DNA from: the human T2T-CHM13v2.0 reference genome, Homo sapiens
Reading direction: 5' to 3' (one strand)
NCBI RefSeq assembly: GCF_009914755.1
Contig: NC_060930.1
DNA length: 64,000 nucleotides
Shown here: piece after piece, positions 28,501-44,303 of the stretch
Layout: each line of letters begins with the position of its first letter
Numbering within the stretch: the stretch's first letter is position 1
Made by a program: the position numbers and the translations under genes
The notes under the pieces: model-generated
Told to the model about the DNA's origin: nothing
Seen by the model: the letters and a program-made list of their open reading frames with translations, nothing else
Databases searched by the model: none

Positions 28501-30029
28501 GTGAAATAGTTAACTTAAATTTGTAACTAAAGGTGCTTTCCTGAGTTTCAGGTAGTAAGCCTATTTCCCTCAAGTGAATAAACTACAGTCTTGGAATGAA
28601 AAATTAAACACAGTGGAGACATTTTTTGTATAAGTTGTTTTACTCTGTGTATGTCTGGTTTGCTTAGTCTATTATTATATGCCCCATGAAAGCAAACACA
28701 GTGCTTATTTCACTAATGAGTATCACTAGCACATAGAACTGTGCTTGCCCAAAGCATGAACTCAATAAATATGTTAATGTGTATGCATGCACATACATCT
28801 ACATGCATGTACATCTATACACACATATAAACATATATTAATTTTTAGACCCACAAATCTAAGAAAACTAATTCTTGAGCCTCTGGTTTGAAGAATTCTC
28901 AAATTATTAACATATCTTTATGTTCCACTCCACATCCACTGTACCTGAAATAGCCCTACTGTTCTACTTTGGTAAATCAGGCAAATTTAATTTTTTAAAT
29001 AATTAAGATTCCAACTAATTTTAAAATATAATTTGAAAGTTAACAATGAAATACATTACATAAAAAGAAAATTTTAAATAAAAGCAAAACTAAACCCAAT
29101 AAGAGGAAAGAAAGTTGGGCTGTATTTCTTTAATCCTTTAAAATTCAAATCACACAATGCTCCAATGAAATCTTCATTAACTGAACCAAACTATGCCCAT
29201 GAAAGATCTCATATGCAACTGCTAAAACCTCAATAAACATATTCATCTTCTTGCAAAAAAGATATTTCTTTATAATATGCACATGCAGTATATACTATTT
29301 TGAGGCAGATTTGTACTTTAGTCCTTGTTCCATTGCTTACCGGCTGGCTGTCCTTTGTCTGGTCATTGACCTCCAACTTAAAAAATAATACTTGCCTTGT
29401 CTACCCCACAGAAGTGTTATGAAAGTCAAACAAGGTAGCATAAAGGTATTTTACAAGATATAAAGTGCTATAATACAGATTTTAAAAATCACTCTACATC
29501 CCATAATACTTTGTTGTACAATTTTAGAGCAATAGTAGAAAATAACAATTATTGCCTAATTGAAAATCCAGTCCCGAATTCCATAAAATGTATGATATGA
29601 ACATTATAGTACATCATATTACGAGCCCCAAATAATCACTGCTTATATAGTTGGTTAGGATTTCCTTAGTTTGTTCATATAGTTTATATATTTATGCAGT
29701 CCCTATTTTGTGAGAGGCATTGTGAGGAGCATAAAGACATAAGCACAGTACAGAGCCTTAGCTTCTCTACATTTACTAAAGAAGACTTCTTCTTGGGTAT
29801 TTAATCAATATTTAAAGTATTCTGGGAAGAAATGAAATTAACTTCATAGACTGACCTTAGATTACTATCATTACAAAAAGATGCCTGAGTGATCTGTCTT
29901 TAACATACCAGTATTTATCTTATAACTGTTATATTTACTTGAATCAGAAGTGAAGTCCTTTTAAGCACTAAGCATCCATTCTATACTTTCTTGTCTTTAC
30001 ATATGAGATACAAATCATATTTTTAAAAC

Positions 30030-30145
30030 TTTTATTTACTTTTATTTTTTAGAGACGGAGTCTTGCTCTGTAGCCCAGGCTGGAGTACAGTGGCATGATC
30101 TTGGCTCACCACAATCTCCACCTCCACTTCCCAGGGTTCAAGTGA
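30030..30145 (-). mobile_element. 5'-truncated Alu right arm with TSD
   Basis: Flanked by ACAAATCATA(T/C)TTTTAA direct repeats. Confidence 0.82.
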
Positions 30146-31589
30146 ACAAATCATACTTTTAAGCACAGATTCTCAACATGTATCCTAGCATGCTACTGCC
30201 ATAACTAGGGTGTGAATTAAGTATTAAAGACAGCTTACCCCAAATATTACTGTAACATATATCTCTAAATGAAAAAGAACATATTAACAACTATACTTGG
30301 ATGGGATTCTGGGAGCTAACCCATCCCTCTCTCCCCTTTCCTCCAAATTCCATCTCCTATTAACACACCAGCTCTCCTGAGCTAAGCAGCTCCTGGGGTT
30401 GGGGAAGGGTGTACATGGAGAAAGCTAGAACCTCTACAGTGTTTTCCTCTCTGGGAGGAACTAGCAGGCATACGAACAGAAAAAGCTGAATAAAAGGCTG
30501 AATCCTTTCTATTCCTGAGGCAGACAGAGAGAAGACCAGGGAACAAAGAGACTTCGACCAAGAGCCCTGCCAGGTATTGATACCTTTGATACTGAGAAAA
30601 TATCTGGGATATGAAATACAAATGCTAAATAAGTATCTTTGAAATAGGGGTAAAAGAATAAAGGGTCTTGATGAGTAAAATGGGTAGTATTTTTTAATAA
30701 CCTGATAATGAGCTTTAGGAAAAGGGAAGGTCAACGTTATGGAATGAAAACACAGAGGTACCAAATTTAAAAGCATAAAAAAAAGTGGAGGGGGGGAACC
30801 CAATAACTTCATCAAACTAGCAAATAACTTAGTATCATTTCTAATTAGAAACGCTAGAAGGAAATCACTTAGATCTGATAAAGACTAGGCTATAATTCTA
30901 ACTGATGAAACACTTAAACTGTATCAATTAATACCAGAAAACAAACACAGAAAAGTCTACTAGAACCATCATTATTCAGCACAGTCTTGGTAATGCAATA
31001 CTATAATAGCAATGCAATAAAGCAAGAAAAAAAAAAGTTTGTAAAAACACAATAGGATGAGATTTTTGTTTTTCCAATGCCATAAATAACTAGAAATGGA
31101 AACAAAATAAAGAAAAACAAAATCTACAAAACACCTGGAAATAAAAAGAAAAATGGTCTATTTGAAGAAAACCTTAAAATCTATGCAGAACATAAAACAA
31201 AATCTGAATAAAAAGAAATATCATGTTCTTGTCTGGGAAGACTTAATATCATAAGAAAGTGAATTATATCAAAATTTAAATCGAAATTTAATGTATTTCC
31301 ATCTCTAATCAGACAGGACACTATGGGGAACTGAATAAGTGATTTTAAAAGTCATGGAAAATTAATGACTGAGAATAACCATGAAAAGTATGAAAAAAGG
31401 AGACAAATGAATTGCTCCAACAGATATCAGAACGCTAAAATTAAATAAAAATACTACTAGGATAAGAAAATACATATACTGATGTAATGAATAAAGAATC
31501 CAGAATTAGATTCCAGTAAGTCAAACTACTTTACTATAAACCAGGGGTGGCATATTCATCTAGTGGGAAAAGGACAGTAAGAAGTGAGT

Positions 31590-31790
31590 AAACTATGGCC
31601 CACTGGCCAAATTGTGGCCTCTGCCTATTTTTGCAAATAAAGTTTTACTGGGACAAAGCCAAGCCTATCATTTGCAAATTGTCTATAAATATTTTCATGT
31701 TACAGAATCACACAGTTTCAACAGAGACCATCTTGTCTACAAAGCTGAAAATATCTACTATCTGGCCCTTGAAGAAAGTTTGCCAAACCT
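31590..31790. mobile_element. MER58-like hAT-Charlie element
   Basis: ctatggccc...aaataaagttttactgg...tactatctggcccttgaagaaagtttgcc. Confidence 0.75.
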
Positions 31791-31805
31791 TAGTTTATAT
31801 AATAA

Positions 31806-32153
<348 letters not shown>

Positions 32154-32693
32154 TGACGGTAAAAGTTTAATATCTATAAAAATTATTTTATAAAATATCT
32201 TTAATATATTTATAGATATTATAATATAAAATATCTATAAAATTATTTTATAAAATAAAAAGTTAAATAAGAAGAAAAGATAGGCAAAACAAAATACAGT
32301 GCAATTTACAGAAAACCAAGTCCAAATGGTCAACAAAGATAAAACAGATTTATAAACTCACTAAGTGTGAGAGAATTATTAAAGTAAAAATATCTCTCTA
32401 TACCCACAATACTACTAAAAATCAGAGTTATAATGCCCTATTGCTGGTGGAGATGTAAGGGGAGAAGCATGCTCTCATATACTGTTAGTGAAAATTTAAA
32501 CTAATACATTTTTGAAAAGTAAGCTGGCAATTTTTTTTTTAATCTCTACCTTTTGATGCAAAAACTCATTTTTGGGTACCTATTCCATACCTTAAAAAAA
32601 ATACATATGCTTACTGTAGTACTGTTTATAATGGTAAAAACTAGAAAAAAAGAAAACTTGATAGTGAATACTGAACAAATTACAGTGCATCTA

Positions 32694-33023
<330 letters not shown>

Positions 33024-33391
33024 GAACAAATTAAACCCTACAACTCATCAACAAAAATACCCAAACCCAATTCAAAAATGGGCAAAGGACTTGAATAGAC
33101 ATTTCTTCAAGGATGATAAACAAGCACATGAAAAGATGCAGAGCACTATTCATTAGTGATTACATCCCACATGCATTAGGATGGCTAGTATGAAGAACAG
33201 AAAATAATAAATATTGGTGAAGATCTGAAAAACAGAAACCTTTGTGCACTGTTGGTGGGAATGTAAAGTGGTACAGCTACTACGGAAAACAGTATGGCCA
33301 TTCCTCAAGAAAATAAAAATAAAATTATCTTATGATAGGAATATGCATTTCTGGGTAAATACCCCAAATAACTGAAAACAGGGTGTACACC

Positions 33392-33845
33392 CATTTCAAC
33401 ATTTACATGTCAATTCAACTGGGCCAGAATACCCAGATATTTGTTCAAATATTCTTCTGGATGCTTCTATATATATGTTTTTTGGCTGAGGTTAACATTT
33501 AAATTGGTGGATTCTGAGTACAGCAGATTACCATCCACAATGTAGGTGGGCCTCATCTACTCAGTTGAAGGTCTTACAGAAAAAGACTGACCTCCCTTGA
33601 GCAAGAAAGAATTCAGGCAACAGACTGCCTTTGGACTCAACTGCAACTCTTCCTTGAGTCAACAGCCCATCCCATCACCCTGGCTTGGTGAGTCCAGGGT
33701 CTGATGAGGTAGGCTGCAGACTCAAGGAAGAGCTGCCAAAACCAGGAAAGCCAATTCATTAAAATAAATCTCTCTCTACACAAACACACACACACACTAC
33801 CACCACCACCATGATGGTTCTGTTTCTCTGGAGAATGCTAATACA
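33392..33845 (+). mobile_element. MLT2 (ERVL) solo LTR
   Basis: tgtcaa...cccagatatttg...gtgggcctcatc...ggttctgtttctctggagaa...taataca. Confidence 0.75.
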
Positions 33846-34019
33846 CCCCTGTTCATGGCAGCATTATTCACAATAGCCAAAAGGTGGAAGCAACTCCAGC
33901 AGATGAATGGAGAAGCAAAATGTGGTATGTATATACAATGGAATATTATTAAGCCTTTAAAAAGTGGAAATTATATCTATCTATATCTATACACACATAC
34001 TCACACACACACACACATT

Positions 34020-34140
34020 TATAGAAGACAGGGTTTCACCATGTTGTCAAGGCTGGTCTCGAACTCCTGGGCTCAAGCAAACCGCCTGCCTCAGCTTCCC
34101 AAAGTGCTGAGATTACATGTGTGAGCCACCACACCCAGCC
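34020..34140 (-). mobile_element. Alu left arm (FLAM-like)
   Basis: gacagggtttcaccatgttg...gagccaccacacccagcc. Confidence 0.82.
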
Positions 34141-35184
34141 AAAAAAAGGACATTCTGACACATAATACAATATAGATAAACAATGAGGACATCATGATAT
34201 GCGAAATAAGCCTGTCACAAAAAGGCAATTAGTGTATGATTCCTCTTGTATGAGGTACCTATGGATGTCAAATCCATAAAGTAGAATGGGGAAACAGAGA
34301 GTTGTTTAATGGGTATAGAGTTTGTTTTGCAAGAAGAAAAGAGTTTTGGAGAATGAATGTACAACAGTGTGAACATAATTAACACTACTGAAAATGGTTA
34401 AGATTATAAATTTTATGTTACATTTATTTTACCATGATTAAAAATTAAAACAAAATAATATTAAGGAAAAATACTATAAATAACAACAACAAAAAAAAAC
34501 ACCTCAAGCAACTTACATTCACCTGGGAAACAGAATACATCCTATTCTGCTAGAGATATATCTGCAGTTCAAAATTTATTACAAATGATGTTGTGTATCT
34601 TTTTGAAATGACTGAAAAACTAAATTAAAAGCAATAATATTCAGTTTACTAACCAGTAAGTCCTTCTTTCATGGTTCCTGACTTTTCTGTAAGATGTTAT
34701 TGCAAGATATCTACTAAAATGGAAAACAACTGAAAAGGCAAAATTATAATTTCTTATCAACATCGCTAAAACCCTGGAGGGGAAGAATCCTAACAAACAT
34801 GGCCATAATTTGCCACATATTTCTACTGTCCTCACTTTTCAAAATCCAGAAATCAACATTTCTGGAAACAAAACAGAGTCTAAAATTTGGCTCCTTCTTC
34901 AGTTTAGAAGGTGCCAAGTTAATCCCTGACATCCTAGTTTCCATTTTCAAAAATGTACTTTTTCTCTCCCCAAACCGGTATCTAGATTCTTAAATATTTT
35001 TAGCACATAGAAGTTAAATAGATTTGCTTAACCAAAATAGCCAGTAAACCTCCCAAAAGAATTAAAATATTAATGGCGCTTTAATGATACAAATGAACAA
35101 CTTTACATTCAATCGTCAATGGGAAAGGAAGCAGAATTCTGAGGATTATGAAAGTAAACAAAACGAAGTTCAAATTCTACTTTA

Positions 35185-35745
<561 letters not shown>

Positions 35746-35767
35746 CAAAGATAAGTAGGAACCATCC

Positions 35768-35999
<232 letters not shown>

Positions 36000-38217
36000 T
36001 CATTTTAACTTTATTAGAAAACAAGCATTGTTTTATCAGCTTCTTGTTTTTTTAAAACTAAAAATAACACTGCTAGGTTGTTTCTATGAAGATTCTCTAA
36101 ATTTATTTATAACCTTAAGAATAACATGTAGAACAAAGTAGATGACTGAATGATCTTTGTTGAATAAATATGAATGGATATTCAAATAATTAAAAATCTC
36201 TTAAGATCTCCCATTCTTTACAGGATACAGAGAAAACTCGTTAATATGGCCTGACTTTTACCTTTGCAGCCTTATCCAAACTCTGTGGTCAAGACAAACA
36301 GGTTGTCCTTATACTTACAACGTCCCCCTTTGCCTACAAAGCTCTTCTCATGACTCTTTGCCTATCTTAAGTTCACCTATCTGTCAAATCTCTGGGAATG
36401 CAACATTTCCTCAAGGTAGCCTTCTCTCCTCCCAAACTAGAACAAATTCTTCCTGGGGCATTAGGTTTTTATTGCACTGTATGTCTCTTCTTCACAGCAA
36501 TCACAGTTCCAATGTTATATTTGTATTCTTAGTTGATTTGTTTCTTTCCACCTTTAGACTATAACCTTCTAAGGGGTCACACATAATATCGATCATCAGT
36601 TGTATCCCTTGTGCATAGCACAGGGCATGGCAGGCAAATATGTGTGTAAATAAACTTGTTGAATGAATCAATGAGACACACTTTTCTTACCCAAAGTATA
36701 ATGGCAGGATAACATTTATCAATCTATTGCTTCTTGAAAAACAGATATGATGTGCTTAATTTTCATTTTACATCTCAAATACCAATGCCTAAGGAATTCA
36801 CAGTCATTTTACAAATCTTTTTGACAAATGCCTTCATTAATCACCACCTGTTTACAAGTGCTAAATAACATTTTGGTTACATTCTGTAACATTTCCTGCA
36901 CTTAATGTCATCTCTAGAATACTGGCTAATATGAAGCACCTGGACTTCAGGAACACAAACCTGAAACTAACACACCAAACTAAACTGTTATGTAAATGAC
37001 AGAAATGACACATTTTGGTCTGCAACATCTCTAGATGGCTTTTGGACCAATTCAACTTTTACCACTAAAAATCGGTCACCTGACTATAGTCATTTTGAGC
37101 TCATGATAAATGAATTACAGATGAAAAATAAATACTTTGATGACAATCTTTACAAAAGTTTATCTTCAAAGAATACCACCAGTCACAGGTATTCTAGGCT
37201 CCTATCAACTTATTTGGTCAGGGCAGACTTCACTTTTCATGATAATTATGTTCTGAAAATTCTACAAACTTAATGATTACAAACAAAAGTCATAGTTTGC
37301 TCATAAATCAGGCCTAGGTCTGGATTCTAGTTCTTCCATTTTTCATTTGTTCACTGAGGCAAGTGACTTAAAATTCCCTAGCCTCAGTTTCCTCACATGT
37401 AAAATCAGATAATGATTCCTATTCCTAAGATGGTTTTGAGGCTTCAACAAGATAAGATGGGCCTCACTCAAGCATGCTCAGTACTCTGTCTCTCTCTCTC
37501 CGGTTATACAGAAATTCTATTAGGATTCTGCAAAGTAAAATAAATATTTCAGTAAAAATTATGCCCTTTATTAATGAATCTAGATTTTCAGATTTTCCTT
37601 AAATTTACTTAGTAACTTAAGGGCTCAAATATTATAGAGATTTGTATCTAGTATTTTAAAGAAATGAAAGGTGTTAATCAAAATGCTGCACAAATAAATG
37701 CTACATTTAACAAACAGAATATCACAACCATACAAACTAATCAGATATAAAGAAGTCAGCAACAGAAATCTGATGTTGCCTTTAGATCACACAATTAGGC
37801 AAACAAAAATAGAGTTCCATCCTCCTTTGGTCAAGGCCATGGTTGAAGACTGAATACCAAATAGGGAAATAGGAAAAGCCAGGAAATGGCAAATTAGCAA
37901 AAACTGGACTCCTTAATTTTTATATTCATTTTCATATCTCACTTCTAAAACTTTAATTAAATTCAAATAAAAACCAAAATGGAACTGAGATAAAGCCAAA
38001 AGGAAAGTTATGTAGGTCAAATGAGAACCTATATTGTCCTTAGGCTCTTTGTTGCTTTCTGTTTAAGGAAAAACTGCCCAAGTGCCTTGACACATTAAAG
38101 ATCAAGCAGGAGGTTCTGCCGAGAGTCCCCATCTGGCAGCCAGGTTTTGTCAAGCAAATTTTGAGAATTCTCTACCCTCCCACTTTCTATCTAATTATAG
38201 CACTTTATAAAAACCAT

Positions 38218-38227
38218 TCTCTCTCTG

Positions 38228-38302
<75 letters not shown>

Positions 38303-38318
38303 CTCTCTCTCTCTCTCT
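38218..38318. repeat. Compound microsatellite (TC)n(CA)n(TC)n
   Basis: Seen directly. Confidence 0.95.
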
Positions 38319-39429
38319 GAAACTTATCTGTATTATAATAACACAACACTAGGTATGGATTAATCTGACAATTTTCCCCTAAAACAGAATAAATTCAAAA
38401 AGGAAAACCTTTCCTCTGTACACATGCACTATATTCTGACAATAATAATTCCTAAATTAAGTATAATACATTTTCCCTACAGGAGTTTAAAGAAGTTACA
38501 GTAAAGAATCTCTTGTATAAATATATATGCCAGAACTTGACCCAAATAAGTGCTGAGAGGTATAAATCTCAAAACAGTTTCCGGACTCTTTGTGAAATGT
38601 CTTCAGAGTCTGCGATATATTTTCTTCAACTAAATTATACAAGTAAGATATTTTGCTGGGCTGTGGGAATGCCTTACGGCATGTTACTGTGGAGCTCATG
38701 GTAAAATAGAAAGAATATAAATAATTAAAATAAAATTGACAAATGATAAATGATTTAATAAATTAGAAATTCAAATGCCGGGCACTTTTCTAGAACCTGG
38801 ACACAAAGCATGAACCTAACAATAACCCCGCCTTCATGAAAAATATGGACTATTTGAAAATTATACCTGCAACACTAAATAAATATTCTTCATTCTTCCA
38901 GTATATTGAGATGTTTACTTTCAATTAGACAATTTGCTTTCCTCTCTGAACACATAGTTATGTGATGGCTCTATAAAAGATTTTAAAATAACTATAGAAG
39001 GAACTATTGGTAAAGACTGTGGGATACTAAAAATGGCTACAAAGAAAGTTATGACAAAACCTCTGAGTTTGAATGGAAGTCCTACTAGATTAGAGTCTAA
39101 GCCTGTGACATTATGCTTCTGGTTCTTGTTCTTAAATGCTTTTCTCATTAATAGTATGTAACTTACTTCCTGGAATGCCATTCATTAAAAAAATATTTAA
39201 TATTTGCTAAATGTCAATATTTATGCCAGCACTTTTAAAGTACAGAAACATGGAGTTTCTTTACCTCATGCAAATATGCTGTGAGAAAGACTTAAGAGCC
39301 TATTGCCTACTTTGTGGTACAACACTGAAGACTCACCATCCAAAACAAACAGACTTAGTAAATTCTTGTGATTTGCAGTAGTTCTGTTCTATAAGGTTAC
39401 CACAAACACTGAAATCATCGCTCCTGGGG

Positions 39430-39830
39430 GAATACAAGGTTATGTTTCCGTGAGCCCTCGGTCACAACATGTTCATTAACTGATCAATACATAACCTTGT
39501 TCTATGTGTGTTTCTGTTTAAAAAGAGCACTTCAGTGCTACATTTGGAGTCTGTTTTAAACAGCAAAATCACTAACAAAAAGCACAAAAATGTAAAAGCA
39601 TGGCACTACATACACTGTGACAAGAAGGCTTGTTTATAGTATGACAGCTGAGACAAGAAGGTAGAGCCTCGCTTTGATCAACCTCTGCTGGGAAATGAGC
39701 ATCAGGTGAATCAATTTTTCACCACTCTGAATGACCGTAAAAGTGCTCCAAGTACTGACTTTGGGGTTACACATAAATTTTAGTAAGCATGTGAATCTGC
39801 CAATATGAAATCTACAAATAATGAGTACCA
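39430..39830. mobile_element. TcMar-Tigger-type DNA transposon remnant
   Basis: gactttggggttacacataaattttagtaag...aaataatgag matches a recalled Tigger/MER2B-type end. Confidence 0.55.
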
Positions 39831-39982
39831 AATGCATATGAGTCAAATATTTCAGTGCGGTATCTGACTTGATTGCCACTGAAAGACACAGTTTGGAAAA
39901 CCCCTAATAAATACCGTTTAGTTACTATGCAGACAAAGAGTTCTACACTAGAGTGCTTCAATTAAGATGTCTGAGGCTTTCA

Positions 39983-40132
<150 letters not shown>

Positions 40133-40520
40133 TTATTAAAAATGAACAACATTATAATGGAATACCTCACATGAAGAGATGAAAGTTTTAAATATCCCTC
40201 TAGAAGTTTCTGAAAGGACATCACATATATTTTCTTATTTTTATTAAACTTATCTTTCCATAAACATAAAGCAAATATAAAATTAATTTTTTTCTACATT
40301 ATTGCATCCTCTCCCTAGATATTCGCACAGCCATTTTTTTCTCATAAGAAAAACTGTAAACATATAAACATACGACTACTTGTGTTATCAAGGCAAAAAA
40401 CACACCAGGTAGAGGATAGATGTCTTGACTCTCCTGGTACTACTTCTAATTGCTGAGCTACAAAGGTACAGCTTCAAGTAGCCTAAATGTTAACTAGAAG
40501 TTGTGTAAAGAAATAAAGTC

Positions 40521-40869
<349 letters not shown>

Positions 40870-40959
40870 TTAAAAAAGCTTTGAAAGAAACATGGAACTG
40901 GCACTTATGAAGTGCCAACTGCAGCTTAATCTCAGACCAATTAAGCTCTTTTTAAAAAC

Positions 40960-41910
40960 TTTTCAATTTCAAATTTTTTAAATAAACAACTTGAGATATA
41001 ATTTGCATACCATAAAATTCACCCCTTTTAAAGTATACAACTTAGTGGTTTTCAGTATATTCAGAGTTCAGAACATTTTCAGCATCCCAAAAAGAAACCT
41101 GTAACTATTAATAGTCACTTCCCACTCCCCCTTGCCCCAGCCCCTGAAAAATCACTACTTTCTATCTCTATAGTTTGCCTATTCCAGACATTTCATATAA
41201 ATGAAGTAATATAATATGTGGTTCTTTTGCATCTGGGTTTTTCGCTTGGCATAATATTTTTGGTGTCCATTCATGTTGTAGTATGTATCAGAACTTCATT
41301 TGCTTTTACGGCTGAATAATATTTCATTATGTGGAGTTACCAGATTTTTGTTCTCTCAGTTGACTGACATTTAAGTAGTTTCCGCTTTTTATCTATTATA
41401 AATAATGCTACTATGAACATTTGTAAACACATTTTCGTGTGGACATATGTTTTCAGTTCTCTTGGGTATGTACCTAGGAGTAGAACTACTGGGTCATTAG
41501 GTAACTCTATTTAACTGATACATGGTAACTGTGTTTTGAGGAACTGCCATACTGTTTTCCAAAGTGAGTGTACTACCTTACATTTCCACCAGCAATGTAT
41601 TTGGATTCCAATTAGTCCACATCCTTGCCAATGCTTGCTACTACTGGTCTTTTTAATTATAACCATTCTGGCAGGCATCAAGAAGTATCTCATTGTGGTT
41701 TTGATTTGCATTTCCTTAATGACTATGCTGAGCATCTTCTCATGTGCTCAATGGCCATTTGTGCATCTTTGCAGAAATGCCTATCAAATCACTTTCCCTT
41801 TTAAACCAGTTGTCTTTTTATTGTTGAGTTATAAGAGTTCTTTATAAATTCTGAATACAAACCCCTTATCTATGACTCACATATTTTCTCCCGTTCTGTA
41901 CATTGTTTTT
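40960..41910 (-). mobile_element. L1MB-like 3' fragment
   Basis: gaggaactgccatactgttttccaaagtg, ctcattgtggttttgatttgcatttcc. Confidence 0.8.
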
Positions 41911-42819
41911 TAAGCAACTCCTTTTTTTTTAACTCACCCAGAATCCCACCTTATAATAAAATATTTTATATTCAGAAATTTGTATCAAAATCTTATCTCT
42001 ATAAAGCAAGGAAATACATCCAGAATTACAGTTCAGCTTGGTATTTTTCTATTACTAGACCTGTTTGAATCCAATCTACTGGCAATCTATTGATTCTGCT
42101 TAAACCATCCTAACTGTATATTTTTAAAAAATTTCTTCTTACACCCCTGTCCTAAAAGACTGTGACAGGCTTTAGGCCTTCCTTACTCTAATCTTCAACT
42201 CCAATGTGAAGGAAGACTCGCAGTATATTAGAAATGGTGTGAGAGAAAATTCTGAATCCAGTAAGTCCAGCACAATTTCACAGATGATAACTAAGGCCCA
42301 GATTATTATATGTTTAATTAATAACCAAGACCAGAATCTTGGTCTTCCGATTCAAAGTCCCCAATTGCTTCAACAGTTGCTGCCACGAAACTTTATCTTA
42401 ATGTGAAGAATACTACTTTGACATAGTCCTCTCACATATGAAGCAATTATTCTGTCAATGCTTAAAAAAGTGTCTTTCTACCATCAAGTATCAAGCAAGA
42501 ATGTGACAGCTAAATATAATGATTCTTCATGCATACTTAAAATTTTACTTTGCTGCCTTGTCATGAAATCTCAAGCACCTAGCATGGTGCATGCATAGTA
42601 TGTGCTCTTGAATCAAAGAATGGATAGAACACTATGAACATAATTTCTCATAAAAGTAAACTGGAAAAAGAAACATGATTGTGCCAGTTATCAATTGTAT
42701 GACTCTCTTCTCCAAATTCACCCTTCAATATATGCATCGCTATATGGTCACAAATCCTTTAAGCATCTCTACTGCAACAACTATCTTAAGATTTCTCAGC
42801 AGAAAATGCTAAAAGAAGT

Positions 42820-43231
42820 TGTAGGAGAAACGGTTCTGCCCAATGTCCAGATACGCAAGTCTCTCAGCAAGGTGGCAGCAGGAGCCTGGCCCAGGGTTAA
42901 CCAGCCCTCAAGACAGAATCTAGCACTCCAAAGGCTTCCTGCTTGCATAGGCACACTAATGGGCGCTTGCCCTTATCAACATCTCAATTTGCTTGCTCTG
43001 GAGGCCTGCATGGGCTGCCCATCTGTGGTTTCCCACCCAGCTGCCACTCCCTCTGCACAACCATGCCACATGTTGTTGATCACCTGCATTCCAGGTTGCC
43101 CTGACTGCCAATGTACTACATACCAACTCTGGCCTGGCGGGAAGAGGGAACTTTTCTACTAATTCAATGAGCTGAATATACCTCCTCCAGTGAAGTCTGA
43201 GCCCTAGCCTTTGCAGGTGGGACCCCTTACA
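42820..43231 (+). mobile_element. Possible old solo LTR (ERVL-type)
   Basis: GC-richer ~410-bp block bounded by TGTAGG...CTTACA; family not identified. Confidence 0.45.
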
Positions 43232-43499
43232 AGTTTGGTCTTCCTCTCTCAGCCCTAAGGTAAAATATATAGTTTTCTTATATTTTATAGACACTCTTTT
43301 ATCAGAGTTTATTAATTCTTCACATAAAACTTAGCCTGCTTAACCCACTGATTAGGCCCAAATACAACTATGTTTAAAAGGAAGACACGATAAAAAAAAA
43401 ATCTGTATTAATTGATATTAACTTTAATCTTCTTATAGAAACGCTATATTCTTATATTAAAAAGGTATTTTCCCAGCAATAGCTAAAAACACCCTAATC

Positions 43500-43957
43500 A
43501 GAGAGAGGGAGGGAGGGAGGGAGGGAGGGAGGGAGGCGGAGAGAGGGAGAAGGGAGAGAGGGAGGGAGGGAGGGGGAGGGGGAGAGAGGGAGGGAGGGGG
43601 AGAGGGAGAGAGGGAGGGGGAGAGGGAGGGAGGGAGAGAGGGAGAGGGAGAGGGAGGGGGAGAGAGGGAGGGAGGGTAAGAGAGGGAGAGAGGGAGGGGG
43701 AGAGAGGGAGGGAGGGAGAGAGAGGGAGAGAGGGAGGGGGGAGAAAGGAGGGGGAGGGGGAGAGAGGGAGGGTGGGGGAGGGAGGGAGGGGGAGGGAGGG
43801 AGGGAGGGGGAGAGAGGGAGGGAGGAAGGGAGGGGGAGGGGGAGAGAAAGAAAGACAGAAAAAGAAAGAGAAAAAGAAAGAAAGAAAGAGAAAGAGAAAG
43901 AAAGAAAGAAAAGAAAGAAAGAAAAAGAAAAGAAGAAAAGAAAAGGAGGAGAGAAAA
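43500..43957. repeat. Polypurine tract: (GGGA/GAGG)n then (GAAA)n
   Basis: ~460 nt with only a handful of pyrimidines on +. Confidence 0.95.
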
Positions 43958-43973
43958 TCAGTGTTGAGATTGA

Positions 43974-44303
<330 letters not shown>

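Larger units (their letters stand above)
33035..34440 (+). mobile_element. L1MB-like 3' fragment interrupted by an LTR and an Alu arm
   Basis: L1 3' motifs resume after each insertion (gttcatggcagcattattcacaatagccaaaagg). Confidence 0.75.

Noticed and set aside
30360-30815. 151-aa minus-strand ORF (and the 155-aa ORF at 42695-43162)
   Set aside because: No recognisable domain or clear splice signals; the second overlaps a probable LTR.
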